Of a DNA stretch of 64,000 nucleotides, positions 50,833 to 64,000 are shown in pieces (position 1 is the stretch's first letter; every line of letters starts with the position of its first letter). This stretch comes from Malacoraja senta (Eukaryota), in assembly GCA_038087875.1 (NCBI GenBank), contig CM075989.1:11160001-11224000 (forward strand), read 5' to 3'. Under the pieces are notes generated by a model. It was not told where the DNA came from and ran no database searches. It saw only the letters and a list, made by a program, of their open reading frames with translations. Made by a program: the position numbers and the translations under genes.

Positions 50833-50835
<3 letters not shown>

Positions 50836-50864
<29 letters not shown>
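50836..50864. repeat. (ATT)n microsatellite
   Basis: Read directly from the sequence. Confidence 0.9.
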
Positions 50865-50867
<3 letters not shown>

Positions 50868-52798
50868 ATTACCAAGAGTTATGCTGCTTTTCAGCAGTGC
50901 TACAGTTTTCATCAAAACCCGATACACAGATGGTTGTCTTGAAGTATCTTTACATAGGCGAAGCCATTGTGGATCATCATTATCATTGCGGATTCCCCCA
51001 TGCTTCTCCCTTATCTCATTTTTTCTTTCCTCGCTTTCTTTTTTACAAAACTTTCATTCCATACAGCTGATGCTGCACCATACATGTGGAGAAACACCAA
51101 ACATGTGAAACATGGGGGTCATACTTTACGTACAGTTTGAATATAGACACTACAGTGCTTATCAGAGTAGCACTAAAGGCCTATTCCTCTTGACTATTCC
51201 TCATGGTTGTCATTTTCAGAGAAACAGCATGTTGGCATTTTTATCATGCTTTTTGATTAACTAATTTGACCAAATTTAATAGGTTTATCTTACCTCTTCA
51301 AAGTTTTTAGGTACTTTGGATTTGCTTCTAAAATGTATCATCTAGATGCCAGAAAATAAATATTTGCCTCTGACTGTTCACTGTTGTCATCAATTAATAT
51401 ATTAAATATCTTGTATTTACATGTACTTCTTGTCAGTTTTTACATTGTGGGATTCCAGGTATCCATTTTAATATAAACCATTAATTATGCATCTTAGTAT
51501 TGCTAGTCGTTTTGCAGCTGAAAGGAAGTAATTACAACATGAAACAGCTTTAAAGGAGTAGCCTTTATTACAGATAGGACATATAAATAATGTCATACTG
51601 AAGAGTATATTACACCTGTAAGCCTAGTGAGTATATGTCCACCCAACTCTTCTTTAACCGAAGGCTGTATATGGTCCTGACTTGGGTACGACAGACCATA
51701 CTGCCTAATTGATTTAAGCTCGACTTTATGCTCCCTGTGAGCTATTCATCTTACACTGTCAATATTCTACTCTCCTTTGTTTTATTTAGCCAACTGCTTG
51801 AATGCACCTCTGATATTTAATTCAACTGTTCCCTGTGAGTTGCATATTCTCACCACACTTTAGGTAAAAAGGGTTCTCTTCTATTCCCTCTTGGATTTAT
51901 TATTGATAATCCGGCATTGATACACCCCCTAGCCCCATGTTTTAGTCTTTCACACATGTAGACGTCAATAGTTGAGTTCCATTGTGTGATGCATTCCATT
52001 TGCTGATTTCAATACTTGGTTGAATGTCTGCTTCACAATTCCTTGTCAGGAATCTGTGAGCCATGGTCCTGGCCATTTTCAAATCCACTTCTGAGTCATT
52101 TATATATTTCTTTGCAACTTTTGAGGTTGGTTACTATTGTGGCATCAGATGGCAAAATGTTGAAAAGTTCCTTGAAGCAAATAAATTATGCAATATGTTC
52201 TCTCGATAGCTTACTGTATTTGCCCTGTGGTTATCTGTACCACGCTACAAACCACATCTCTTGACTTTACCGAATAACCTGATCTCAATCAAGCTGATGG
52301 GGCCTTTTCACATGTTGGAATTGGGCAATCTTGCTAGTTTCCCTGGCATTCTTAATTGTATCCAATGTGCATGTCAAAATTGTGAAGACAAGATAGTGAA
52401 AATCTCCAGACATTTTGTCAAAATTGACACAACAAATGTGTGGAGATGTATTGGACAGAGACACTGGTTACTGGCCTGACAATGTTTTCAGGGAGATGTG
52501 GCAGAGGGTTTAATTTAGCTTTGGGGAGCTCTAAAAGGTATTTCAATAATGATTATTTAAAAATAAATTCAGCATTATTTATTCAAGGAAGTAGCATTGT
52601 GGATTTTTAGTGTTGGAACGGCAAAGAGTAGTTATTTGTAATAGTTGTAAATTAATTTACCATGCGTAAAACTGCTTGCATTTTGAGTTTTCTCATCTGA
52701 ACAACTAGAGCTTAGTGTAATTATCTTTGCAGTAACAAATTGATTTAACGGTCAGAAGCCATATCCATGCAAAGTGCTAATTATATGAATCTTTCCAG

Positions 52799-52989
52799 TT
52801 TATTTCAGGCTGAAGATGTTGATCCCAGGTATTCTGTTGTTCTGGAACAAATCATGAACAGTAAAGTTGGGAACTCTGAGCATCCTTCACAAAGAAACCC
52901 AAGTTGTTGTATGGTCATACTGAATTGGGCCAAATGGTGGGATAGCAATTCAAAGGAGCGAATTCGATTGTCCCGAGGATTCGATACAG
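52799..52989 (+). CDS. SPG11: SPG11 coding exon 14
   Basis: ...VILNWAKWWDSNSKERIRLSR (human IVLNWALWWD); acceptor chosen by phase compatibility. Confidence 0.88.
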
Positions 52990-53783
52990 GTACGTTTGTC
53001 TTTTGCTACAGTTCAGAAGAGCATAATTTACATGAGCATATGATCCTTGTGACAACATTGTGAAGGTTTCTTGACCCAAAAGCTAAACATTGGAAACAGT
53101 TTTGTCTCTGTGGCCCCATCTGCATTTCTCAAGGACTAGAAATGGTTCATTGGTGTCCAAAACATCACCATTAAATTAGTATCTCAGTCTCATTATTTGA
53201 AAGAATATTTTCAAGACTGGATTTGGGTAAAGACCTAAGGTCTTTAATTACATTGAACACAGAACAGTACAGCACAGGAACAGATCCTTCAGCCCACAAT
53301 GTCTCTGCCGAACATGATGCCAAAACCAACTCTTATCTGCCTGCATATAATTCATATCCCTCCATTCCCTGCATGTGCCTATCCAACAGTTTTAAATACC
53401 ACGTAAGTCTCTTAAACCCTACAGCTACTCATTCCCTCTGTGTCAGGGCTGAATCTTTGTGATCCTTGTGACACAGAGCTTGACTGTGGAGCCTTTTGAT
53501 TCCATGTCTCTTTTGTAATGCTTCAAACATTGTATGTGCTCAAATCCTGCTCATTTTCAAGCAAGAAGCCATTAAAATGTCCTGCAACGTGGATAGGTTC
53601 TGAAACAGCACCTATCCACGTTCTCCAGAGATGCGGCCTGACTCGCTGAGTTACTCCAGCATTCTGTATCTTTTTCTGTAAACCAGTATCTGTAGTTCCT
53701 TGTATCCAAAATGTCCTGCATGCCGATTTTGGCTATAGATGGAGAAGAATGAATCACTCCACTCACAATCTCAGAGGTTCTAA

Positions 53784-54112
53784 TGGCCCTGTCCCACTGT
53801 ACGAGTTCATTCAAGTGCTCTTCCGAGTTTAAAAAAAAATCAAACTCGTGCTAAGCACGTAGAATGAACGTGGCGGGTACGTCGGAGCTCGGGGACGTCT
53901 CTTAGCGGCTCATAATGCTAACAGCAGGTACTCGGGAAGACTCGCTAACGGAAGGTAAGCTCGGGAAGACTCGTGAAAATTTTTCAACATGTTGAAAAAT
54001 GTCCACGAGAGCCCCGAGTACTTACGAGCAGCTATTCCGTAGATCTCCGAGTTCGAATCAGGGCAAACTCGGGAGAACTCTTTGAATGAACTCGTATAGT
54101 GGGACAGGGCTT
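53784..54112. mobile_element. Non-autonomous DNA transposon (MITE), probably PIF/Harbinger
   Basis: About 46-bp inverted repeats GCCCTGTCCCACT.TACGAGTTCATTCAA; TAA/TTA flanks; no ORF. Confidence 0.8.
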
Positions 54113-54834
54113 TTAAGCTCTTTCCATGTTTTAACTATTTTAAGCATAGTCACTATTCCAATATTGTTATGCATTTCCTTCCATGAATGATAGTGGTGAA
54201 TAAGATGGATTTTTCTGACAATTGTGTAGTTTCTTGGACACCGTTACTTATATTAGTTTTTTGATTCCAGAGGGTATTTAATTAACTGAACTTAATTTCA
54301 CAAGGGCCATGGTAGAATTTATTCAACATTTACTCCAGGCTAAGTAGTGCAGCAATTAACTTGCTCACCACCTCCTCATCAGGATAATCGGGGATGTGAA
54401 TTTAAATTTCCCATAATACACAAATCTACAGAGAAAATATGCATTGACTTTCTGAAATGCATATACAATATCAATTACACATATTTGTTTCGCAGGAACA
54501 AAAAAAATGATGCTATTCAGATCCGTTGAGGGAGGTTTTCTTAAATATTGGCATTTTCCCCATACACATTTTGATTCCACGTTCCTTCTGTAATGTTTAA
54601 AACACTATGTGCTCAAGTACTGCCATTTTTCAGGAAGAAGAGCCTACATTTCCACAGTAGAGTTCTTTCACTCAACCCTCTCGGGTCTTGGATGCCTTCA
54701 TAGTGTGGTGGGATCCAAATGAGGGCAGTGTAATTTCATACTGTTATTTTGCCTTTTGTTTAGAATTGAATATAGAGAATCTTTTATCAAATATCTTGTT
54801 AATTAGTGATGCTGTTGCACAAATATTTTCACAG

Positions 54835-55033
54835 CAATTCAGTCCAGCAGTCCCGAGGTACTGTGGAGCTACCTCACTTCCAGACATAGTTGGGCCAGAA
54901 TTTCTAACTGGATCCAAGTTTTCCAGAGTAGTGAGCCTTCTGCAAGCTGGCCAACTCTAACAGCCGAGATTGTGAATCAGAACACGTGTTGCAGTCGCTA
55001 CATGAGAAATGAAATATTAGACAAACTTGCAAG
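54835..55033 (+). CDS. SPG11: SPG11 coding exon 15
   Basis: SSPEVLWSYLTSRHSW...WPTLTAEIVNQNTCCSRYMRNEILDKLAR. Confidence 0.94.
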
Positions 55034-57094
55034 GTAAATATTAAATTTCACTCTTTAATGCGTCAACTTAAGCAAGCAGAATTCAACTGCTCACACTGTT
55101 TGGATGATATCTAAGGAAGGAATTGGTTCTGGTACAATTGAATGGATGCAGATTATTAAGATTTTAGGCATGTAGAGTGTGTGTGCGTGCTCTATTTAGG
55201 TTGACTTTCTCTATTGCCCATATAGTGGATTCCTGAATTCAACATATAGCAGAACAAGTCATACTTGAATGCATGTCTTCTCTTCATGGAATCAAAGATC
55301 CTAATGGCAGAGAGAAAGGTGGTTCAGTCCATTGAATCCATGCCAGCTGAGAAAGATCTAGCCCATCAGGTGCATTCTTTTCCATTGAATGAGGATTCTT
55401 TAATCCCTCTTTCATGCAGTGTGCTCCAGTATTCCATATGCCTTACATAAGGGAAAACTGTCTTAACCTTCATCTGCCAAGTTCTCAGCAAGTTCTTCCA
55501 GCCGTTTTACCTTTCTCCACATACCATCAGAATTGTGCGTGCCTTATTTAAATTTTCCCTTGACCAACTCTGATCCAAAGAAAGCAAAGGCCCAGCCGAC
55601 TCAATCTTTCTTTGTAATTAGAATGTTATGTTCCTGGCAAATGCTCTCCGCACCCTTTCCAGTGCTATCACTTCTCTCCTGTAATGTTGTGATCAGATTG
55701 CTCACAGCACTCCCAAGATCTGACTAATGTGGACACTATTTGAACTTGACCCCCCCCCCCCTCCCCGACCTTGCATTTCGGCTATGATGGTGAAGGCAAG
55801 CATTCTGTATGCTTCATGTCTTCAGAATAAACATTGGCAGGTTACTTAAACAATCCTCTCAAAGGATTAGAATGTGAGGTTAAGAAAATAAATGTTTTAA
55901 TAGCCTATTCTGTTTGATATTTTCCTTTTATATAAAATGGATTAGTACTAATACATTTCAAGCAACAAGCTTGAGACAATTCAATACCTTAAATCCACAG
56001 TCCTGCTTAAATCCACAGTTGCTTTGTCAGCATTCTATTATCAAGAATGTGGTTAACAAAAATAATTATTTCACATGAAATTGGAAAATATGCTTGTTGC
56101 ACCAATATAAATTGCATTAACTCTGAATATATTACTAAAACACAACTCCCATGCAGCTTCTGTTTGCCTGGGCCCTCAGCTTTGGAATTCACCCACTAAG
56201 CCCCTTTATAATTCCATCTCCTCCTTTTAGAGGATCCTTAAAAGCTACCTCTCCGAACACTCTTTTGATCGTCGAGCGTAATGTCACTTTGTGTAATTTG
56301 GTGTCACATGCTGTTAAACTTCATGCCTGTGAAACCACTCAGAATGTTTTCCGGTATAATTGATGCTATCCAGTGCTTTTTATGTGACGGAACATGCCGG
56401 TGTCACGCACCGACCGACATCTCGAAAAGATTAAAAACTAGATTGATGTACAGGAGCCATTAACACTGCTCCTGTATGCATATAACTTTTATATGCATAC
56501 TAGCACCTATATGCTTAAATTTTTAAAAAGCACTGGTGCTATTAAAGTGCAATTGGTTGCTGCTGCTGCTGCTGATTTTACCGTAAGCAATTCCTTTTCC
56601 TTACAGTGTATTTTTTCACGGTTGGAAACCTTATGTTTGTAATATAATTAACTGGTTCCAGGAATGTTTGTGAACTTTTGTCCCAATGAACTGTGATGCT
56701 CTTAATACTGCAAAGAATAGTATCGTATATCACTTACATAGAATCTTCTGTATTCATTTATTGTCATGACACATGCCTTAAGTAAAAGTGTCAAACTATA
56801 CAAACTGTTCATTGACTCCGAATTGCAATTAAGAGTGTTGGGTTTGGATGAGAGATGATGAATATCTCGTTTGTCCTTGGGAAGGCTTGTTGGAGTGAAA
56901 TACAGTATTACACTGCAGATGTACTGTATGAGAAATCTGTGATGAACCCATTGGTTAGGATCATGATCTGCATGTCACTGAGTAACAGTGCAATGGTAAT
57001 GGATTTCTAAGGACTACCATATTTGAGAAGGATTCTCCGTAATGCCCCTTGGGTTGACGTGCACATTCAGTGACTCAAGTCCAAATCATTGTTG

Positions 57095-57690
57095 ATTTTT
57101 TTCACTGAAGCATTTGAAAGTATGGTCTTTACACTAAATTCAGGAGGGCCAACTGCGCAGCCTACCACCTCCCCCACCTTGCACAAGTCTCTTGGAAGCA
57201 TAGATTATCTTGCATATCTTGGGAGCCACCTCTCAACTAAAGCTCTAGTATACCAATGCGAATGCGTTCAACAGTGCTTGAAGACTAACCGGTGCTAACT
57301 TCATGGTCTACCAAGTGGTCTACACCTTCCCGTATTGGTGGGAGATGTGGCAACATGCAGGAGGCAGTTCAGACCACTGGGAAAGTACCATCCGTTGGCA
57401 GGATAGGTGCAATAAAGTCAGAGTCCTCTCCCAGGCCAATGACCGCTGCATCAAGGCTCTGACCACACTCAAAACAAACTTCAATGGACAGGACAGGTTG
57501 TCCTGACACTGGACCCCTAAAAACAAGCACAGTGCTCTGAATTCCATCATGGCAAGTGTTCTCCCAGGGGACAGAGGAAACACTTCTACAAGGTTCTCAA
57601 GCATTCTCCCTGACTATTCGTAATCTCTGGCCAACTATTCTTCAACATGGAGGGGAAGCATCCAGCAGAGCACTAACATCTTAAGTCTCA
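57095..57690 (+). mobile_element. Decayed RTE-clade LINE fragment
   Basis: FTEAFESMVFTLN...YLAYLGSHLSTK...LMVYQ motifs. Confidence 0.6.
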
Positions 57691-58087
57691 ATGGCAGATG
57701 TGTACACAGGTGTGCATACAGGCAACTGGAAATTTTAGTTTATTGTTATACAAAATTAGACAATTCACATGTACTTTCTCAACATTGAACATTCCCAAAG
57801 AATATTTGGGAAATCAGTGCCACAAAATGCTGATGTTGCCAGATGTAGTAGGCACTGTGCAATAACTAGTATCCAAACAGTGTAGCCCTGGTCTCCTTTT
57901 CTTTCCAAGTGTGGACCAGTAATCAGCCATTCTATGATTAGCTGGCAGAGATTACTTGAAGGGCTGAGCGGCCTAATCCTGCACCTAATTTATACATTTT
58001 GTATGGTAAATAAGGGTACATCGTGAATTTTTTGACATCTTGTCAATTTGTTTTTAAGTTTATATTTTTGTATTTGTTTTTAAACAG

Positions 58088-58291
58088 AAGAAGGATATTT
58101 GTCCCATCGGAGGTTGCAGACTTTGAACAGCTCTTGGCAAGGCTTAGTTGCACAGGGGGAGTGATGCAGGACCCTCACCTAGTTCCAGTGTATCAGTCTA
58201 GTGAAGGACTTCATTTCCATAGCTGTTTCATCCTCCACTGCCTCAAGTACGAGCAGCGCTATCTCCTGTATGCTTATTTGGATTATTATGG
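58088..58291 (+). CDS. SPG11: SPG11 coding exon 16 (gene continues beyond the window)
   Basis: RIFVPSEVADFEQLLARLSCTGGVMQD...FHSCFILHCL...LLYAYLDYY; 204 nt; exon 17 not found before 64000. Confidence 0.94.
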
Positions 58292-58758
58292 GTAAGTGGA
58301 GCTCCGTGCAGATCATGGTATATGTGACAACCTTGATATTGTTTAATGAGATCCCAATTCTCCAAAGAATAGTACTGTGAAATGAGGGAAACTCAACAAA
58401 CTACTCACATTCTGTCTATCAAGCACTCCAAATCATGGTGCACTTAAAGAACTAAATTCATGTGCAAATTGTATATACTTGAAATATTTTGAAAGAAATA
58501 GAACTATAAAATGTTAGAAATGCTCCCTGTTATGTAAAGCAGCATGTGTGAATAAGAGGAATATAATTATCACTTCAGCTTGCTGATTGAACACTGGCCC
58601 TTTCAGACCTGTAGCATTAATAGTTTCTTACTCCAGAGATGCAAAATGGAGTTGAGTTTCTGGCCTGCTGAACTCGCCATTCTCTGCCAGAACCCATCTG
58701 GGCTAAGGGAACAGCCTAGTCAATATTTCCATTTATATAGGCATGCATTCATATATGT

Positions 58759-59078
58759 GCGGCACGGTGGCACAGTGGCAGATTTTCTGCCTTTCAGCGC
58801 CGGAGACGTGTTTGATCCCGACTATGGGTGCAGTCTGTATGGAGTTATTACGTTCTCCCCGTGACCGCGTGGGTTTTCTCCGAGATCTTCGCTTTCCTCT
58901 CACACTCCAAAGATGTACAGGTTTGTAGGTTAATTGGCTTTGTATAAATGTAAATTGTCCCTAGTGTGTGTAGGATAGTGTTAATATATGGGGATTGCTG
59001 GTCGGCGCAGAGTCGGTGAGCCGAAGGGCCTGTTTCTGTGTTGTATCTCTAAACTAAACTAAACTAAACTAAACTAAA
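58759..59078 (+). mobile_element. HE1-like SINE
   Basis: GGCACGGTGGCACAG head; (CTAAA)6 tail. Confidence 0.85.
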
Positions 59079-60339
59079 TATAGTGCTGTCCTGCAGTTGC
59101 AGGGAGTTTATCATTCAATCTCCCAGTAGGTAGCAATGATGCCTCCTGAGTCAGATGTCTGTGGGCTCAAGATCCCTAAGCAATATTTTGACTTTCCCCT
59201 TAGTGAAATTTTGAGAGTGCTTCAATATTCCAAAGGCTATTGTTTGGTAATAAGCAAGAGCCAGTCTACCTTCTGGGGTAAATGATGCCATGGCACAATA
59301 ATAAAGGTGATTACAAGGCATTTCCTTGCAGTTAGCATTCAATCAACATGGGAATCATTTGCCAATTATTCTTCAACATGGAGAGGGAGCATCCAAGAGA
59401 GTGCTAAGCATCTTAAGACTTTATGACGGGTGCAGGGACAGGTTATGCACAAGTGATGAAAGAAATACACATCCAAAACAAATTATAAGCCTGCTGTTTG
59501 TGGGATCTTGTGGAATTTGATCACCACATGCCATATGATACAACATTCATTGTACTACGTTGTCATAAGGCTTTGGGATATACTTGAGGTGGGAAAGTGT
59601 TATGTAAATGCCAGTGTGTGCTCCTTTATGACAGTCATAATCCCTGTTGGAATTTGTGCATACTTAGAAAAAATTCTCAAAAGTAAATCACTACTATATG
59701 CAGCACTTAGGAACGATTTATAGATTGATGTGTTGTCAGACAACTAATCTATAGTTATGCTTTAAGTGTTGAGTGAGAATGTGGTCAAAGTCAACTATAA
59801 TACTGTCAGTGATTGAATGTATAGGCAGGCTCACTTGCTGAAGATTGGCTTGTCGAGTGTAATGTAAAATTTCACTGCAGCAGGCCAAGTGCCTTCCCAG
59901 AAAGAAGGAAACAAAGTGGTAGAAACTCAAAAATGAGTTAGAAGGCCACAATGACTTGAGAATGTCTCTTGAAACAGTGACTTTGTGTGTCAGGATACAC
60001 AGTTCCAGAAATGAATGAATCTCTCATAAGCGTGAAAAATAATCAGTTAGTGAAAAGTATCGAGGCAGAAGCAGCTTTCACAATAAATGATGTTCTAAAT
60101 AATGGGCATTATCTTCCGCCAATCAAGAGCATAAAAAGAAATCTTAAAATCTGACATTCATTGTCCTCTTACATGTTTATAGAGTTCTGCTGTCCGATAG
60201 ACATCTGTAGAATTATGTTCTCATCAAACATAAATTGATATTGGTAGTCAATTATTTTCATTTCATTGATATGTATAAGTTGTGTACTGTCTGTATCTAA
60301 TGGCTCAGCTGTTGATCATCATGAACTGCAGGACAGCCA

Positions 60340-60680
60340 CTTGTCCAACTTGCAGTGGTTTGGTGTAACTGAGTGACTCGCTTGGCTCCTTCAGAGGGCA
60401 GGCAAGAGTTAACAGTGGATGTGGCACCACATGGAGGCCAGATCATGTAAGACTGGCAGAGTGCCTTTTGTGAAGGTTATTAGTGAACCAGATGGGTTTT
60501 TACAGCAATCCAGTAATTTCATGGTCATAATTAATGATATGCTTTTTATTCCAGTTTTAATTAACAGCATTTAAATTCCCCAGCCACCTTCATGGGATTT
60601 GAATTTGTGTCTCTCGATCATTAGTTGAGGCTTCAACATTAGTAGTCTTGCAGTAGAACTACTATGCTATTGTACCCTTG
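60340..60680 (-). mobile_element. Older tRNA-headed SINE (second family)
   Basis: Core TTAGTGAACCAGATGGGTTTTTAC recurs near 25890, 31310 (opposite strand) and 45870. Confidence 0.6.
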
Positions 60681-61238
60681 ATGTCTGAAGAGTGTTTAAT
60701 ACTCTGGCTTCAAATGAGGTTGGAGAATAATTTAAAGTGGAGCAGTGGAGAAGCATAGCGTCTATCATTCTGAGTTGTGCCATCCTACATTGTTACTCAA
60801 TCTTTCTTGCCTGGGACATGTTCACTTTTTTATGATGCATAATTAAAAACATCCTTTCTACACATATCTCATTCTCCATGTCTCCAGTTGATTCTTTGTT
60901 TTGGCACAATCCCATTGTGCCTGTTCTTAACCCTATAGGTACCCAGTACAAACTTTTTGGAATTCAAAAAACTACAGGTGCTGGAAATATGGAATTAAAA
61001 TAGCAAACACTGGTAAAATTCAGTAGGTCAGGCAGCATCTGTGGAAAGAGAAACAATTAATGTATTGTGTCTGAAACCCTTCATTAGAACTGAGAAATAG
61101 GTTAGTACAGGTAGCAGAGAAGGCAATGGATGGAACAAAGGAAATTCCTCATTCATTCATTTACGAGGTAACTTTGTTTCCAATTATCTTCATGGTCATC
61201 CCGTTTTACTCTATCAGAATCTTCTCTCTACCCTCCGT

Positions 61239-61239
<1 letters not shown>

Positions 61240-61276
<37 letters not shown>

Positions 61277-61327
61277 GCTCACTCACTCACTCACTCACTC
61301 ACTCACTCACTCACTCTCTCTCTCTCT
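61240..61327. repeat. Compound microsatellite (CA)n(CACT)n(CT)n
   Basis: Read directly from the sequence. Confidence 0.95.
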
Positions 61328-63254
61328 TTGCAGCATAACCAGCTTCCTTTGTCTTCTTTCCGGTTCTGAAGAAGCGTCTTAGACTTGCAAAGCTAGTTCT
61401 GTTTCTCTTCGCACTGATGCAGCCTAATCGTCAAGTCTATTGTCATATGCGCTCGTAGGGTGAGGTACAGGTGCAATTAAAATCTTGTTTACAGCAGCAT
61501 CACAGGCACATAGACTCAGATAACACACAAGACATAAATTATACATAGATTACATATAAATTCCACATGACAGTGAAAACAAAACAGGCTGTGCAAAAAA
61601 AACAAACATTCATGCAAAAAACACAATTTCAAAATAAGTCTATGGTCACGCAAGAGGTCAAAGAATAAAGATGGATTACTTGGTGTTTATCAGTGGCTCA
61701 TTTAGTCTGGCCAGTGACCTGAATTGTTTATCTCCTTGTTGCCTTTCCCCAAAGCCTTCATTGTAAGGAAGACTACACATGAAGATCAGCCTTTATGGTC
61801 CAGCCTGCTAATGTAGACCAAATCACTACCTCAGTGTTCATGTTAATTGTGGAGTGACCTGTTCCATTTCACTTCAAAGCTGTAACAGTAACAATTTTGA
61901 AAAGCTAACTATTTGGAAAATCTCCTTTAATGTTTTGCTTCTGAAAACTTATTTTGTGCCGTTATGGCTTTCGTACAATATAACCAGAGAAGGACTTCTC
62001 TATAATATTGTAATTAACACAGATAATCTACTTTGAATTTAATTGATTTTGATAAATGCTCAAAAGATGCAGGTTGTGGGGAATGAGGAGGGGCGTAGGA
62101 CTAATTGAATAGATCAGCCCAAGGAACATGATAAGCCAAACAACTGTTATCTGTGCTACATTTGGAATTCTAAAAACTACAGGTTCTAAACTTCCCAGGC
62201 AAAATTAAATATCTTAAAATTCCCCACCCCTCATCATGTCCTTTCTAAATAATCCTTGTAAAAACTATGCTGGATAAATTACAGTCAATTGTTCTTCATT
62301 TGAAACATAGTGCACAGAAAAGTACAGCCAAGAACAGACCCTTCAGCTCATAATGTCTGTGCCATACTTGATGCCAAGTCAAAACTAATCTCCTCTGCCT
62401 GGTGTGATGCATGTCCTTGCATTCCTGCATTAGCATGTGCCCATGTAAAAGCCTCTTAAATGCCACTATTAAATTATCTTCCATCACCACCCCTGGCAGC
62501 ACATTCCAGTCACCCACCCTGCTTTGCAAAAAAAACTTGCCCCGTACATCTTCTTTAAACTTTCCCACTCGATCTTAAAGTTATGCCTAGTCTTTATGGA
62601 AAGGGTCCTGACTATTTATCATAACTATGCCTCTTATAATTTGATATTTATTCTATCATGTTTCCTCTCAACCTCTGATGCTAGGGAGATAACAGTTTAA
62701 GCTTGTCTAACATACCCTTATAACTAAAACCCTCCAATCCAGTCAGCATTCTTGTAGACCTCTTATGCACCCTCTCCAAAGGCTCCACATCCTTCCTGTA
62801 ATAGGCCAACCAGAACTGTAAAAATGGAAGGAGATAAGATGGTTATAATATTTGTAGGTGAGGTCTTAAGAACTTGGTACGGAAAGTTTTCTTTCCTTTT
62901 AACTGTGACTTTTCTATTTAAAACATGTGTTATATTAACTTAACACATTTTGGCTTCACATATTCCGTTTGGTTAAATCTGTAGTTAAAAACCCATTTGT
63001 CCATGAGCTCTCACCATAGTGGAGTGGAATGCACAGCGGAAGTCAGTCAAGCAGTGCATTGACGGGGTGGTGGGGGAAACCAGATGCTTGCAGAGAAGTG
63101 CTTCTTGAAGAGATGATTGATTGTGGGTTCAACCAGAGAGAGGGGCTGGGGTCCTGAGGAGATTGGTATAGGTAAAACCTGGTTGAGAATATGATTATTC
63201 AGCCTGGCTGGAAGAAGGTGGTTAACACTATCTTCCCAGCTGAGGTTTAGTTAG

Positions 63255-63430
63255 AAACAAAGAACTTCAGATGCTGATTTACCAAAGAAAGACCTAAAAT
63301 GCTGAAGTAAAAGAAACCCCACCCCTGCAATCAGACTGAAGAAGGGTCCCGACCCGAAATGTCACCTGTCCATGTTCTCCAGGGATGCTACCTGACCCTC
63401 TCAGGTACTCCAGCTTTTTGTGCCTTTCCT
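63255..63430. repeat. PLE terminal repeat, inverted arrangement, hammerhead-like core at 63336-63363
   Basis: CTGAAGAAGGGTCCCGACCCGAAATGTC; more degenerate copies near 2660-2780, 7983-8190, 15020-15160, 50330-50455, 53595-53710, 60970-61425, 63770-63865. Confidence 0.75.
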
Positions 63431-64000
63431 GAGGTCGAATTAAGGCTTGTTTCAGTATACATTGTAAGCTCCATTTACAGGCCATGTCTGCATGGAACAA
63501 CTTTGCCAAAGTGACATAAGAAACAAAGTCGTTGCATTGTTTAACATTGCTTTGGCCCATCAGAAGCACAAAGGACCTGGACCAACTATTTGAAAGGCAC
63601 CATGGGCTGAATCAGATCATATTTTAGATCAATTTTATTAGCTAGTGCATAGAAGTATTGTGATGGGCAATGGAATTCCAAGGACATTTATTGTAACATA
63701 CCTCCCCCGTGTGGAGAATTTTATGTAAAGCAGTTTAAGTTGCACCACAACGGTTATCAAAAGGACAGAAGAGAGACACAAAATGCTGGAGTAACAGTGG
63801 GTCAGGCAGCATCTCTGGAGAAAAGGAATAGGTGACGTTTTGGATGGAGACCTTTCATCAGACCTTTACACATTTCGTCTCCTTACATAGAAAAGGACAG
63901 ATCAGTATACCCTTTTCTATCGCCTCCCTCCTGCCCCTTCCTTCTCATTCAGACTTTATTTTGCTTGGAGACTTAATATATTTGAGATATGTGGGACTGC

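Noticed and set aside
58292-64000. SPG11 exon 17 (expected HPWFEFLVQCR-like peptide)
   Set aside because: No matching segment found by eye; presumably beyond the window

Overview
Eukaryotic genomic DNA, most likely from a cartilaginous fish (skate or ray, inferred from the repeat families). Two spliced genes lie head-to-head. CIAO2A/FAM96A is on the minus strand (5 coding exons, 16485->4685, complete, 161 aa). SPG11/spatacsin is on the plus strand (coding exons 1-16, 19173->58291, about 997 codons) and continues beyond the window. All exon phases join without stops. The introns are full of mobile DNA: HE1-like tRNA SINEs, CR1, L2, Rex1, RTE, a Harbinger-type MITE, many Penelope-like element (PLE) fragments, and a near-intact Passport-like Tc1 transposon that sits inside a CR1 and itself carries a PLE insertion. 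Best leads: (i) a young PLE family whose terminal repeat carries a minimal hammerhead-ribozyme-like core, with target-site duplications (TSDs) and an inverted-arm-plus-tail structure; (ii) a Tc1 transposase one homopolymer base away from an open frame; (iii) a U12-type minor intron in SPG11; (iv) a CLEAR (TFEB) plus ZNF143 motif cluster at the SPG11 5' end; (v) inverted SINE pairs bracketing single SPG11 exons. I found no evidence of a wholly new protein-coding system. Most entries in the ORF track are spurious or are repeat fragments. Homology calls come from my recall of the families, not from database searches, and repeat boundaries are approximate.
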